DNA from: Candidatus Micrarchaeota archaeon
GTDB taxonomy: Archaea > Iainarchaeota > Iainarchaeia > Iainarchaeales > JAGVWC01
Assembly: GCA_043803815.1 (NCBI GenBank)
Contig: JAZDJR010000018.1
Coordinates: forward strand, 67,659-131,658
Reading direction: 5' to 3'
DNA length: 64,000 nucleotides
In this document: piece by piece, positions 1 to 10,167 of the stretch
Layout: every line of letters starts with the position of its first letter
Position numbering within the stretch: position 1 is the first letter of the stretch
Notes under the pieces: model-generated
Told to the model about the DNA's origin: nothing
The model's input: only the letters and a program-made list of their open reading frames with translations
Database searches by the model: none
Program-made: the position numbers and the translations under genes

Positions 1-118
1 GCCAACAGCGGGTTTAAAACCGTTTTTGTGGAGTTATGGTAGTATCAGGCAAGTGGATAACGGAAAATTTTTCCGCTTGGCCTCTGTTTTGGAGTTGGGG
101 AAAGTGAACAAAAAGGCG

Positions 119-382
119 ATGGATGAGCTCAAAGGCGTTGCGGATTTGATGCGCAATGTGGGAAAGGATTCGACCGTTCCGCGCAATATCCGTTCGACGG
201 TTTTGATGGCTTCAGACAAAATAGGAAAGGGGGAGTGCGACATCGAAGTCGAAATCGGCTCCGCGATTTATTCGATGGAAGACATTGCCAACGACATCAA
301 TATGCCGTCGCATACGCGCACCGAACTGTGGAACATTATCAGTTCCCTTGAGCGCATCAAAGAAACCCTCAACAAAAAATAA
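119..382 (+). CDS. UPF0147 family protein
   Basis: D-x-TVPRNIR and NDINMPSHTRTELWNIISSLE match the archaeal UPF0147 pattern; ATG at 119 preferred over ORF-track start 26. Confidence 0.8.
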   Translation: MDELKGVADLMRNVGKDSTVPRNIRSTVLMASDKIGKGECDIEVEIGSAIYSMEDIANDINMPSHTRTELWNIISSLERIKETLNKK

Positions 383-388
383 GGCCGC

Positions 389-1948
389 TTGCCCTTCAGG
401 AAAAAAGGGTTTTGGAATTTGGAAGAAACACAGGCGATTTCGGATAACCGCGAATTCATTGTTGGTCAGGCGCAGGCCAAAAATCTGGTGCTAAGCCCGG
501 ATGCGCTTGACTTATTGGAAAAAGCGACCAAAATTGAAATCGAAAAAACATTGGACAGCCTGTCCGAACAAAACCTGTTTATTATCAAGGGCTGCGATGT
601 CGAGTCCAAATTGCTGCGCACCAAAATCGCGCCCGCGGAAGTCGAAGTCAAGTCCCGCACGGCTTGGACTCCGATTGCCAAAGAATATTCGGCTAATTTT
701 CGGGTCCGAAGCGACCTGCAGGTTCCGCAGGATTCGATTTGCGAGGGAACCGTCAATGATTACGTGCAGATGTTCCAAAGCCGGTTTGAATTTTTGTCGG
801 CTTTGCTCAAAAACCGTTCGGGTTTTTCTCCGCGCCCCATCGGAAAACTGGGGGAAAACGCGGCAAAGCGCGACGTCGATTTTATCGGAATGGTTACGGA
901 CAAATGGGTCACCAAAAAGGGGCATCTGGCTTTTCGTTTCGAGGATTTGGAAAACCAGTGCATTGCCTTGGCGTTAAAAGACAAGCCTGAAATCGTCGAA
1001 AAATGCCAGCGCATTGCCTTGGACGAAGTGGTCGGGTTGCGGGGCTCCAAAGGATTCGGCGATTTGATTATTATCAAGGAAGTTTTGCAGCCCGATTTGC
1101 CCATCATGCCCCCCAAAACCATTTCCGAACCCTTGTCCGTCTGCGTGATTTCGGATATTCATGCGGGTTCCAAATTGTTTTTGGAAAAAGAATTCAAGCG
1201 GTTTTTGTCCTGGATTAACGGCAAAGTCGGCGGAGAAAGCGAACGCGAAGCCGCGGGCAAAATCAAATACCTGTATATTTGCGGGGACAACGTGGACGGA
1301 ATCGGGGTTTATCCAAACCAGGAAAAGGGCCTTTTGATTCCGACCATTGCCGGGCAATACGAAGAGCTAGAAGAATTATTGCTGCAAATTCCCGAGTACA
1401 TTGAAATTGCGATGATTCCCGGCCAGCACGATGCCGTGCGCTGGGCCGACCCCCAGCCCGCTATTTCCAAAAAATATGTTCCGCGTTTGCATGCCTTGTC
1501 CAATTTTCACCTGATGCCGTCTCCCGGCTGGACCCAGATGGAAGACATGGCGGTTGTGCAGTATCACGGCGCGTCTTTGCACGAATTGTACGGCGTGGTC
1601 AAGAACCTGAGCATGACCAAACCCGAACTGGCCATGGTGGAAATTTTAAAGCGCCGGAGCTTTTTGACGAATTTCGGAAGCAAGCAGCCCTATGCGCCTG
1701 AAAAAAAAGATTATTCCGTAATGCGCGAAGCACCCGACTTTTATCTTGGCGGCGACATGCATCATTACGGCACGAGCCAGTACCGCGGCTGCACGGTCAT
1801 TAACGGCGCGTGCTTTCAGTCGCAAACCGACTTTGAAGTGCGCATGGGACACGTCCCGACTCCGGGAATCGTTGCCGTAATCGACCTGCAAAACCGCCAG
1901 GTCAAAACCAAAAACATGACGGATGACACCTGGGAGACGATGCCGTGA
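389..1948 (+). CDS. polB: DNA polymerase D small subunit DP1 (proofreading exonuclease)
   Basis: OB-fold region followed by calcineurin-like motifs SDIHAGS, GDNVDG, PGQHDA, YHG, GDMH and C-terminal FQSQTDF..PTPG; lies upstream of DP2; exact start uncertain. Confidence 0.93.
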   Translation: MPFRKKGFWNLEETQAISDNREFIVGQAQAKNLVLSPDALDLLEKATKIEIEKTLDSLSEQNLFIIKGCDVESKLLRTKIAPAEVEVKSRTAWTPIAKEYSANFRVRSDLQVPQDSICEGTVNDYVQMFQSRFEFLSALLKNRSGFSPRPIGKLGENAAKRDVDFIGMVTDKWVTKKGHLAFRFEDLENQCIALALKDKPEIVEKCQRIALDEVVGLRGSKGFGDLIIIKEVLQPDLPIMPPKTISEPLSVCVISDIHAGSKLFLEKEFKRFLSWINGKVGGESEREAAGKIKYLYICGDNVDGIGVYPNQEKGLLIPTIAGQYEELEELLLQIPEYIEIAMIPGQHDAVRWADPQPAISKKYVPRLHALSNFHLMPSPGWTQMEDMAVVQYHGASLHELYGVVKNLSMTKPELAMVEILKRRSFLTNFGSKQPYAPEKKDYSVMREAPDFYLGGDMHHYGTSQYRGCTVINGACFQSQTDFEVRMGHVPTPGIVAVIDLQNRQVKTKNMTDDTWETMP

Positions 1949-2039
1949 GCCAAAAACAATTCGATTGGCAGAACCGCGGCATCCTGCTCAAGGACTTCTG
2001 CAACAAAAGAAAATGGATAGAGCACAACGAGGAATAAAA

Positions 2040-2768
2040 ATGGCGCATCTAAGCAGTTCAAGAAGAGGGCCGAGAAAAGAACCTCGACGTGGAGACAATA
2101 TTTTGAATGTATTGGAACAGACACGTTGGGTTGGATGTAAGGGAACTACGCGGCGCGTCTATACCCACAATCGTGGACGTGGCTATATTGCTGACGTTGG
2201 CAATAAGACCAAGCAAGTTACTGACCTGATTTTACACCTTCAAAGAAAGGGAATTTTTGTTCCACGCATTACTAAAGTATACTCTGAAAATCATTTTGTG
2301 GAATTTGAAAAAGGGGGAAAAACATTCGCAAATTTTCTTGCAAAACTTTCCTCCGAATCAGAACGCGTGAAAAAAATGCCGGCCGCGGTCCGTCTAAGGC
2401 GGCTGCAACAGCAAAAACGAGCGAACTATCAAATATTAACAAAGATTTTCCGCATGATGGGAAGGGTGCATTCATTAGGCATCCGTCACGGTCATCCGCA
2501 CCCTGGAAATATTGTTCTTCAAGGAAATCGGGTCGGCTTGATTGATTTCAAATTTGCCCATTGGGTTTCAAAGGAATGCTGGAAATCCCATAATTCCCTC
2601 TTTTTGGGATTTTGGGATGACTATATGTGGTTGGGCAAAATCCTCAGTCGGTTAGCAATCCAACCCAAAAAAAGGACTGCTTTGTGGCGGGGACTCGTTA
2701 GTCGATATCCCTGTTCTGAAGAAATCAAACAACAATTAATGAAACGAATAGAACAATGGTCAGGATAA
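2040..2768 (+). CDS. Protein kinase-like (Bud32/RIO/Kdo-like fold) protein, probable pseudokinase
   Basis: VPRI..EFEKGG, VHSLGIRHGHPHPGNIV and LIDFK motifs; catalytic Asp position is His; codon usage visibly AT-richer than flanks. Confidence 0.7.
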   Translation: MAHLSSSRRGPRKEPRRGDNILNVLEQTRWVGCKGTTRRVYTHNRGRGYIADVGNKTKQVTDLILHLQRKGIFVPRITKVYSENHFVEFEKGGKTFANFLAKLSSESERVKKMPAAVRLRRLQQQKRANYQILTKIFRMMGRVHSLGIRHGHPHPGNIVLQGNRVGLIDFKFAHWVSKECWKSHNSLFLGFWDDYMWLGKILSRLAIQPKKRTALWRGLVSRYPCSEEIKQQLMKRIEQWSG

Positions 2769-2788
2769 CAAAAAAAGAAGTGAAAAAA

Positions 2789-5700
2789 ATGCCGCAAAAA
2801 CAATTCGATTTGAGATTAAAGCTGATTTGCCATCCTCCTGTGCAGAAATATTACGAACGGCTGATGGCCAAGGCCACAAAAGAAATCGCTTTGGCGCAGT
2901 TGGCGCGCAAATCGGGAGTCGACTTGGAATCCGACATCGAGACTTTGCCGGCCTTGGACTTGGCGGACCGCTGCGAAAGCATCATCGGTCCCGCGGGAAT
3001 CGCGAAGCGTTACCGCGAAGAATTTGTGAAAACCAACGACCGGATTAAAACGATTTTTTTGCTGTTCCGCGAAATGATGGAGCAAACCGGATGGTACCGC
3101 GAGGCCGACCCGCAAAAACGCCTGGACCAGTCGATTCGAACCGCCTTGGTGCTGGTAACCGAAGGCGCGGTTGTTGCTCCGCTGGACGGCGTTCCGCGGA
3201 TATTGATTTCAAAGAATCCGGACGGTTCGCAGTACGTGGATATTTATTTTGCGGGGCCGATTCGCGCGGCCGGCGGAACCGCGACCGTGTTTCCCCTGAT
3301 TTTGGGGGATTTTGCGCGCAAACTGCTGAATCTGGACCGATACAAGCCCACCGACGACGAGGTGGAGCGGTATGTGGAAGAAACCGCGATTTATGACGAA
3401 ATCGTTTCGCGGCAATACAAATTAAAGGAAGACGAAGTGCGGAAAATTATCCGCAATTGCACGGTGTGCATTAACGGAGAGCCGACCGAAGACCGCGAAG
3501 TGTCCGTGCACCGCGACTTGGACCGCGTCCTTTCCAATCAGGTTCGCGGCGGCGCGTGCCTGGTCATCAGCGAAGGAGTCGCGTTAAAGGCGCGGAAAAT
3601 CATTTCGTATGCCAAGCAGCTTGAACTGGACTGGAACTGGCTTGAACAAATAATTAAAGTCGAAAAAAGCGACGGTTCGAAAAAAGGATTGAGCGTTAAT
3701 GACAATTTTTTGGAGCGCATGGCCGCCGGACGTCCCATTTTTTCCTATCCCTTGCGAATCGGCGGTTTTCGCCTGCGCTACGGAAGAGGCCGCAATACCG
3801 CGGCCATGGGAAAAGCGATTCATCCGGCTACCATGTATGTTTTGGACGAATTTATCGCGGTTGGAACGCAGTTAAAAGTCGAGCGCCCGGGAAAAGCCGC
3901 GGAAGTGTTTCCCTGCGATTCGATTGAAGGGCCGATTGTGCGGTTGTTCAACGGCACGGTTTTGCAAATCGATTCGGTTGCCATGGCTAATCAGTATCGC
4001 ACCCAAATCGAACGGATACTGTTTTTGGGGGACCTGCTCGCAACGGTAGGGGACTTCCGGAAAAGCGGCCATCCCTTGGTTCCGGTCGGATACTGCGAGG
4101 AATGGTGGCTTTGCGAACTTTCAAAAGCGCTAAGCGAAGGAAAAAAAACAGAGGTATCGCTTGAAGCGATTCTAAAAAAACCCAAAATAGTTTCGATTAA
4201 GCAATCCCTGCAATTAAACAGCGATTTGGGGGTGCCCTTGCATTCCAATTTTGTTTATTATTATAAGGCATTGGATTCCAAATTATTCATCGAATTGTAC
4301 AACGGGTTGTATGGCGCAAGGCAGCTGCAAGGCGAAAACGGAATCGGGTTGGAACTTTCAAACGAAGCCGATGTCAAAAGCGCCTTTGAAAAAATCGGGG
4401 TTCCGCATTCGCTTGAAAACGACGCCAAAACCATCCGAATCGGCGAGCAAACCGGCTTGGCTTTGCTGAAAACATTCGGCGTTTTGGACAACCGGACCAT
4501 TGACCCGACCCAAATCACCAACGACAATATTTTGGAAGTATTGAACCTGACAAGCGGCTTAATCATCCGCGACAAATGCGGCACTTTTATCGGCTGCCGC
4601 ATGGGCCGACCCGAAGCAAGCCATCCGCGCAAAATGATTGGAAATCCCCACACTTTGTTTCCCATCGGAACGTTTGGCGGCCCCACGCGCTCGATTAACA
4701 AAGCCGCGGTCACGAACGAAAAAAGCATTTCGCAAAAAAACGAAATCGAAGTCGAAATCGCCTTGTTTGAATGCCCCGAGTGCCGCCAAATTTCGTCTTT
4801 TCCGCAATGCGGCCATTGCCGAGCCAAAACCATTCCGCGGTACTGGTGCAAAAAATGCGAAGCCCCCGCCGCTCCCGACCGTTGCCCGAAGTGCGCGGGA
4901 AAAACGAACCGGTATAGCTTGCGCAAAATTGAGCTGAACGAAATCGTCAGCCAGGCCGCCAAAAACGTGGGAATCAAAATGCCGCCTTTGGTCAAAGGGG
5001 TCAGGGGATTAATCAACGAAACCAAGGAAGTCGAGCCATTGGAAAAAGGGATTTTGCGCGCGAATTACGACTTGCACGTGTTTCGCGACGCGACAATTCG
5101 CTATGAAATGCTTAATGCGGCCATCACGCATTTTAAGCCGGTTGAAATTCAGACTCCGGTTAGCCGGCTTCGCGAACTCGGATACGAATTTGACATGGAT
5201 GGAAAACCGCTGGAGACCGAAGACCAAATGGTGGAATTGTTTCCGCAGGATGTCATCATTAACGAGGAAGCGGGGGATTTTTTTGTAAAAGTCGCCAAGT
5301 TTTTGGACGACGAGCTTTCGCGCCTGTACGGAGTGACGGAATATTTCAAAAAAAACAAGCGCGACGAAATGGTCGGCGAACTCGTACTCGGCCTTGCGCC
5401 GCACACTTCCGCAGCGGTGGTCGGAAGAATCATCGGCTACACCAAATCGCGCCTCGGCTGGGGGCACCCGTATTTTCACCTGGCCAAGCGGCGCAACATC
5501 GACGGCGACCAGGATTCCATGATGCTTTTGATGGATGCCCTGCTGAATTTTTCGAATCATTACCTGCCGTCCAGCCGCGGCGGAAGAATGGACGCGCCTT
5601 TGGTGTTCACGATTGCGCTTACGCCAAACGAAGTGGACGACGAAGTGTACGATATGGATACCGGAACAAGCTATCCGCTGGAATTGTATGAAAAAGCGCA

Positions 5701-6244
5701 GGAATTTGCCAAAGCCGAAAGCGTTTCCATCGATATTATCCTAAAACGGCTTGGAAAACCCGAACAATATTCCGGAATCAAGTTTTCGCATTCCACCGGC
5801 CGCTTTGACGAAGGACCGCACACCACGCGCTACGTGCAATTGCAAAGCATGGAAGACAAGTTAAACGCGCAAATCCGGCTGCAGAAAAAAATCGCGGCTG
5901 TTGACCTCAAGAATTCCTTGGAACTGGTGCTGCAGTCCCATTTTTTGCCGGATATTGTCGGAAACATCCGCAGTTTTTCAAAGCAGCAGATGCGCTGCAC
6001 CAAATGCAACGCCAAATACCGGCGCGTTCCGCTTAAAGGCCTTTGCACCAAATGCGGCGGCCATATTATCCTGACGATTGCGCAGGGTTCGGTACGCAAA
6101 TATTTGGAACTGGCCAAAAACGTGGTGCACCAAAACAACCTGTCCAATTATCTAGCCCAGCGCCTGGACCTGATTGAAGACGAAATTAATTCCGTGTTCA
6201 AACCCGAAAAGACGACGCAAAAATCCTTGTTCGAATTCGCGTGA
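2789..6244 (+). CDS. polC: DNA polymerase D large subunit DP2
   Basis: YFAGPIRAAGGT, GGFRLRYGR, RMGRPE, CxxC zinc fingers, catalytic RRNIDGDQD, RGGRMDAP; no intein; GAAGTGA upstream of ATG 2789. Confidence 0.97.
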   Translation: MPQKQFDLRLKLICHPPVQKYYERLMAKATKEIALAQLARKSGVDLESDIETLPALDLADRCESIIGPAGIAKRYREEFVKTNDRIKTIFLLFREMMEQTGWYREADPQKRLDQSIRTALVLVTEGAVVAPLDGVPRILISKNPDGSQYVDIYFAGPIRAAGGTATVFPLILGDFARKLLNLDRYKPTDDEVERYVEETAIYDEIVSRQYKLKEDEVRKIIRNCTVCINGEPTEDREVSVHRDLDRVLSNQVRGGACLVISEGVALKARKIISYAKQLELDWNWLEQIIKVEKSDGSKKGLSVNDNFLERMAAGRPIFSYPLRIGGFRLRYGRGRNTAAMGKAIHPATMYVLDEFIAVGTQLKVERPGKAAEVFPCDSIEGPIVRLFNGTVLQIDSVAMANQYRTQIERILFLGDLLATVGDFRKSGHPLVPVGYCEEWWLCELSKALSEGKKTEVSLEAILKKPKIVSIKQSLQLNSDLGVPLHSNFVYYYKALDSKLFIELYNGLYGARQLQGENGIGLELSNEADVKSAFEKIGVPHSLENDAKTIRIGEQTGLALLKTFGVLDNRTIDPTQITNDNILEVLNLTSGLIIRDKCGTFIGCRMGRPEASHPRKMIGNPHTLFPIGTFGGPTRSINKAAVTNEKSISQKNEIEVEIALFECPECRQISSFPQCGHCRAKTIPRYWCKKCEAPAAPDRCPKCAGKTNRYSLRKIELNEIVSQAAKNVGIKMPPLVKGVRGLINETKEVEPLEKGILRANYDLHVFRDATIRYEMLNAAITHFKPVEIQTPVSRLRELGYEFDMDGKPLETEDQMVELFPQDVIINEEAGDFFVKVAKFLDDELSRLYGVTEYFKKNKRDEMVGELVLGLAPHTSAAVVGRIIGYTKSRLGWGHPYFHLAKRRNIDGDQDSMMLLMDALLNFSNHYLPSSRGGRMDAPLVFTIALTPNEVDDEVYDMDTGTSYPLELYEKAQEFAKAESVSIDIILKRLGKPEQYSGIKFSHSTGRFDEGPHTTRYVQLQSMEDKLNAQIRLQKKIAAVDLKNSLELVLQSHFLPDIVGNIRSFSKQQMRCTKCNAKYRRVPLKGLCTKCGGHIILTIAQGSVRKYLELAKNVVHQNNLSNYLAQRLDLIEDEINSVFKPEKTTQKSLFEFA

Positions 6245-6299
6245 ACGGCGATTGACGGAAAAAAACGCACAGATAAGTATTCTGAACCAAACAACAGTA

Positions 6300-6644
6300 A
6301 TGGCAGCCAAACAGGATAAGCAAGAAAACAAATTCTTGTATTTTCTTGATGATGAAGAACAAAACTATATTTTTGTCCGCATTCGCATTATGAATGACGG
6401 CGTTACTTTGGAGTCATTTGCCATGATGCAAGTTTCAATCATCAACCAAAAAAAACACGAAATCACGCGATATGATTCAAGCATCCGCGAAGCCATTAAT
6501 GTCCATAAGTGGTACTGCAAAGGAAACCCAAAAGAGTTTATCCAAAAACCGTTAACCTGGGAAACCTTAATCGGGTTTGAAGAAGAAATCTGGCAAAAAT
6601 GGCGGCAGTATTTGTTTTTATACAAGGAAAAGAAAGGTTTATAA
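6300..6644 (+). CDS. Putative toxin, DUF6516/DUF7718 (TumE-like) family
   Basis: EITRYDS..VH motif, small size, directly upstream of an HTH gene. Confidence 0.55.
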   Translation: MAAKQDKQENKFLYFLDDEEQNYIFVRIRIMNDGVTLESFAMMQVSIINQKKHEITRYDSSIREAINVHKWYCKGNPKEFIQKPLTWETLIGFEEEIWQKWRQYLFLYKEKKGL

Positions 6645-6660
6645 CGACAAAAGTTATAAA
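6638..6660. promoter_or_regulatory. Perfect 8-bp inverted repeat TTTATAAC-N7-GTTATAAA, candidate operator overlapping a TATA box
   Basis: Seen in sequence 15 bp upstream of the HTH gene start. Confidence 0.5.
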
Positions 6661-6674
6661 TAGTTTGTGGGAAC

Positions 6675-7037
6675 ATGAAAAAACTGGTATTTAAAATCGG
6701 CGGCACTTTTCGCCAGGATGCCGTGGCGTTTGCCAAAGGTTCAAAGAAACCCGAATCGGGAACCACTACGGTTTATTTGAGAGATTTCAAGCACCTTCGC
6801 GAAATGCTGACCCCGAAAAAATTGGCTTTGCTGGATGCCATGATTTCTTTTGCCGATGCAAAGCAAAACGTTTCCCAAATTGCCAAAAAACTGAAGCGAA
6901 AACAGGAAGCGGTCAGCCGCGACCTGGCGGTTCTGGAAAAAAACGGGTTAATACACAAAACCAAGCACAAACAGCATGTACATCCTGCTCTTTCGTTTTC
7001 CATTATTCAAATCGAGCTGGGTAAAGCAATCGCATAG
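6675..7037 (+). CDS. HVO_A0114-like / ArsR-type wHTH protein, putative antitoxin
   Basis: LTPKKLALL..NVSQIAKKLKRKQEAVSRDLAVLEKNGLI helix-turn-helix. Confidence 0.7.
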   Translation: MKKLVFKIGGTFRQDAVAFAKGSKKPESGTTTVYLRDFKHLREMLTPKKLALLDAMISFADAKQNVSQIAKKLKRKQEAVSRDLAVLEKNGLIHKTKHKQHVHPALSFSIIQIELGKAIA

Positions 7038-7055
7038 TTTACTTTAAATCTTGTT

Positions 7056-7868
7056 TTAGGATTGCGGCGTCCATTTTACCGGCGTCAGATAGGGAATGTG
7101 CAAAACGCCAGCCTGGGCAAGAATAAGGATTAAAACAATCAGCCCCAAAACCGCGATTCGAAAACGGTTGTCGGTGCCGAGTTTTTCCCGAAACCATTTT
7201 GAAGCCGGATTGTCCCACAAAAATCCGAGAATGCCTTTGATGATGTCGACTAAATAGCGAATCCAGTTGCCGGGGTTTCGCAAGTCGGAAACGGTTTCCC
7301 CGACCAGTTCATGCCCTGTTTTGGAGCGGTAGGGAACGTCGGTTTCGGAAACCAGTTCGCTGTTTACGGCACTGAATTGGAATTCCAATTGCCGACCTTC
7401 GATTGAAGCGTCGCAAAGCCAGACCGGAACGTAAAGTGGCCGAAGGCCGGAAATGACAATGCTTTCTTTTCCCAAATTGTATTTGGCCGCGATTTTTAAC
7501 TGGGACAATCGTTCGGCTTCTCTTCCGTTGATTCGAAAACGCACCACTTTGGTGTGGCTTTCGTCGGGACGAAGGACCAATTGGCTTTCGAATTCATCAA
7601 GCAAAGGCCCCAGTTCGTCCTCGATTTCCGCGGTCTGGCCGTTCATCGCGGTAACGCCGGTTTCCCCTTCGCTCGTGGAAACCGCTCCGCTTTCGTCCGC
7701 GGTTTCGACAAACGAGTGGTAGCCGAAAAACCAGTAGGGAAAAAACCATAATTCGGGGTGGTTTATTTCATAATCGTCCCATTCTTTTTCTTCCAACAGT
7801 TCCTTGACTTGGGCTATGACTTCTTCTGAAGTCATGACAATGGGAAACGTCGAGTGGTTGAGGCGCAT
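7056..7868 (-). CDS. Hypothetical protein with C-terminal transmembrane helix
   Basis: Long acidic ORF with duplicated L(W/Y)xPxW motif and C-terminal IAVLGLIVLILILA. Confidence 0.65.
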   Translation of the reverse strand: MRLNHSTFPIVMTSEEVIAQVKELLEEKEWDDYEINHPELWFFPYWFFGYHSFVETADESGAVSTSEGETGVTAMNGQTAEIEDELGPLLDEFESQLVLRPDESHTKVVRFRINGREAERLSQLKIAAKYNLGKESIVISGLRPLYVPVWLCDASIEGRQLEFQFSAVNSELVSETDVPYRSKTGHELVGETVSDLRNPGNWIRYLVDIIKGILGFLWDNPASKWFREKLGTDNRFRIAVLGLIVLILILAQAGVLHIPYLTPVKWTPQS

Positions 7869-7990
7869 GCTAAACAAAAGAGTCCAAGAGGAATATTTAA
7901 TCTTATTGAAAAAAACGAATTTTGGGGATTAAAAAAAGTAAAAAAAGGGGAGTCCCCGAAAGCTGGGGATTGTCCGAAAATTGCAAAAAT

Positions 7991-8356
7991 TTATGCCTTG
8001 CGCTTGACGATTTTAATCATGCTGGGCGTAACGAGCACTTTTTCGTTGGATACCATGGCCAAGTCGCCTTTCATGCCTTCGACCTGCATTCGCAGGCTTC
8101 CGACGAGTTCGCGAAGCCGGACAACGTTGCGTTTTTTCATTTCACCGATGTTCAAAAGGATAAAGTTCCCCATTTGGAGTTCTTTAACCGCGTTTTCCAC
8201 GTCTTTTTCCGTGGTGAGTTCGACCGGTTTGACGAGCGCTTTGGCGTCCGCGTACTGGTCTTCTTCGGTTTCGGTGTCCATGTTGTTAAGAAATTCATCC
8301 ATGTCTACATCGTCTTGTCGACGAAAAACTTTTTCCAAAAAAGTCATTGTTTTCAC
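7991..8356 (-). CDS. sepF: Cell division protein SepF (archaeal DUF552 type)
   Basis: ELQMGNFILLNI..GDLAMV..VLVTPSMIKI; GGGAGTGA ribosome site upstream. Confidence 0.85.
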   Translation of the reverse strand: MKTMTFLEKVFRRQDDVDMDEFLNNMDTETEEDQYADAKALVKPVELTTEKDVENAVKELQMGNFILLNIGEMKKRNVVRLRELVGSLRMQVEGMKGDLAMVSNEKVLVTPSMIKIVKRKA

Positions 8357-8565
8357 TCCCCTATAAAAAAAACTATTCTATTTTACTATGCAAAGTATAT
8401 TTTAAACTATTTGTTAATCAAACCGCCAAAAGAAGCCCGAAAATAGCAGAGTCTACATAAAAAAAATGTAAAAAAGATAGTTCGAAAAACCAACCTGCAT
8501 TATCGGAAGTGGTTTTGTTCCACAACTCCAAGTTGTTTTTAATTGTTTGAATCATCAAACACTGG

Positions 8566-9795
8566 ATGACTTTTACTTCGGATTCTCCCAATTTGTTTGA
8601 CCGCCTGTACAAGGACCAAAAAACGGTTTTTTTGGACAAAAACGCGATTTCGCCGCATTTTGTTCCCAGCCATCTGCCGTTTCGCGAGAACCAATTAAAC
8701 GAAATTTCGCAGATTTTTTCCGTTGCGTTAAGCGGAAAAAAACCCGGCAATCTTTTTTTGTACGGCAAGCCAGGCGCGGGAAAAACCGCGGTATGCAAGC
8801 GCGTTTTATCCCAATTATTGGAGTTTGGCAGGAACAAATCGCTTTCGGTAAGCGGAACCTACATCAATTGCCGGACGCACAATTCCAAGTACCGCGTGCT
8901 TTCCAAAATCGTCAAGGACCTGTTTTCCGAAGAAAGCTTTTTGGGCTATTCGGCGTCGTTTATGTACGACAAAATGCTGGACGGCATTTCCAAAAACAAA
9001 TTTTCATACATTGTTATTTTGGATGAAATCGACAAAATCAAGGACTTAGACGAGCTTGTTTATTCGCTTACGCGCTCAAACGACGAGCTTTCCGCGGGCA
9101 GCGTCGCGATTACGGGAATTTCAAACAATGTTTTTTTCAAGGACCGATTGGACCCGCGAAGCAAGTCAAGCCTGTGCGAGCACGAAATGGTTTTCAGCCC
9201 GTATAACGCCGAAGAGCTTCGCCAAATTTTAAACGAGCGCGTCAATGTCGCGTTCAAGCCCGATTGCATCGAGGAAAGCGCGGTTAATCTGGCCGCGGCA
9301 ATGGCGGCCGGCGAAAGCGGCGATGCGCGCCAAGCCGTCATGCTTTTGCAAAAAGCCGGCGAACTGTGCGATGCCAAAAAGCTTGCTAAAATAACGGATG
9401 TTGAAGTGCAGGCCGCGAAAAAAAAAGTCGAGGAAGAAATTATTTTGAACATGATTGCGACTTTGCCCAAGCATCAGCAATTATTGCTTTTGGCGATTGC
9501 CAATTTGTCCGTGCAAAAGCGTTCGCAGCAGCGCATCGCGGGGGATAGCCGGGAACAGCCCTTGTTTTCGGGGGAAGTATACGAGGAATACGCGAAAACC
9601 GCGAAAAGCCTTCGGGAATCGCCGGTGTCTTCGCGCTGGTACCGCCAGTACGTTTCCGAACTGGAAATGTTCGGCTTGTTGATTACCGCGGCGTCAGGCC
9701 AGGGCATCCGCGGAAACACGCGGCTGATTAAATTGAGCTTTGACCCCAAAAAAATAATGGACGCCGTGCAAAAAGAAATCGCGGCGAACAATTAG
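8566..9795 (+). CDS. cdc6: Orc1/Cdc6 replication initiator
   Basis: Walker A GKPGAGKT, YINC, Walker B ILDEID, GDARQA sensor 2, C-terminal wHTH ELEMFGLL..GIRGNT. Confidence 0.95.
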   Translation: MTFTSDSPNLFDRLYKDQKTVFLDKNAISPHFVPSHLPFRENQLNEISQIFSVALSGKKPGNLFLYGKPGAGKTAVCKRVLSQLLEFGRNKSLSVSGTYINCRTHNSKYRVLSKIVKDLFSEESFLGYSASFMYDKMLDGISKNKFSYIVILDEIDKIKDLDELVYSLTRSNDELSAGSVAITGISNNVFFKDRLDPRSKSSLCEHEMVFSPYNAEELRQILNERVNVAFKPDCIEESAVNLAAAMAAGESGDARQAVMLLQKAGELCDAKKLAKITDVEVQAAKKKVEEEIILNMIATLPKHQQLLLLAIANLSVQKRSQQRIAGDSREQPLFSGEVYEEYAKTAKSLRESPVSSRWYRQYVSELEMFGLLITAASGQGIRGNTRLIKLSFDPKKIMDAVQKEIAANN

Positions 9796-9815
9796 GAAAA
9801 GGATGTGATAAGAAA

Positions 9816-10127
9816 ATGGAAAAATTCTGCCAGGTTTTAATCAGCGCCACAAGCAAAAAAGAAGCCGACCGGATTTCGGACAATTTGGTCCAAAAACGGC
9901 TGGTGGCGGGTTCTTTGATTCTTAAAGGTCCTTCGCGTTACTGGTGGGAAGGAAAAATCGTTGAAAAGGAATATTTCAATGTGCAGGCGTTTTCGGTTTT
10001 CAAAAACAAGGACAAAATTATTTCTGAAGCAAAAAAAGGCCACAGCGACGAGTGCCCCATCATCGCTTTTTTTGCCATGGACGGGAACGCGGATTTCCTG
10101 AAATGGATTCGAGAATCGGTCGAATAA
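9816..10127 (+). CDS. cutA: Divalent-cation tolerance protein CutA
   Basis: LVQKRLVAG, SRYWWEGKI, HSDECPII, FLKWI. Confidence 0.88.
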   Translation: MEKFCQVLISATSKKEADRISDNLVQKRLVAGSLILKGPSRYWWEGKIVEKEYFNVQAFSVFKNKDKIISEAKKGHSDECPIIAFFAMDGNADFLKWIRESVE

Positions 10128-10167
10128 CTTCGGTTTTTCAGGTCCCGATTCGGTTCGGATAAGTGGT

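Noticed and set aside
2789-6244. Intein in DP2
   Set aside because: Length and motifs are continuous, with no Hint motifs
8357-8565. Replication origin upstream of cdc6
   Set aside because: AT-rich and plausibly placed, but I see no repeated ORB (TTCCAxTGGAAA..GGGG) motif; it is explained by divergent promoters
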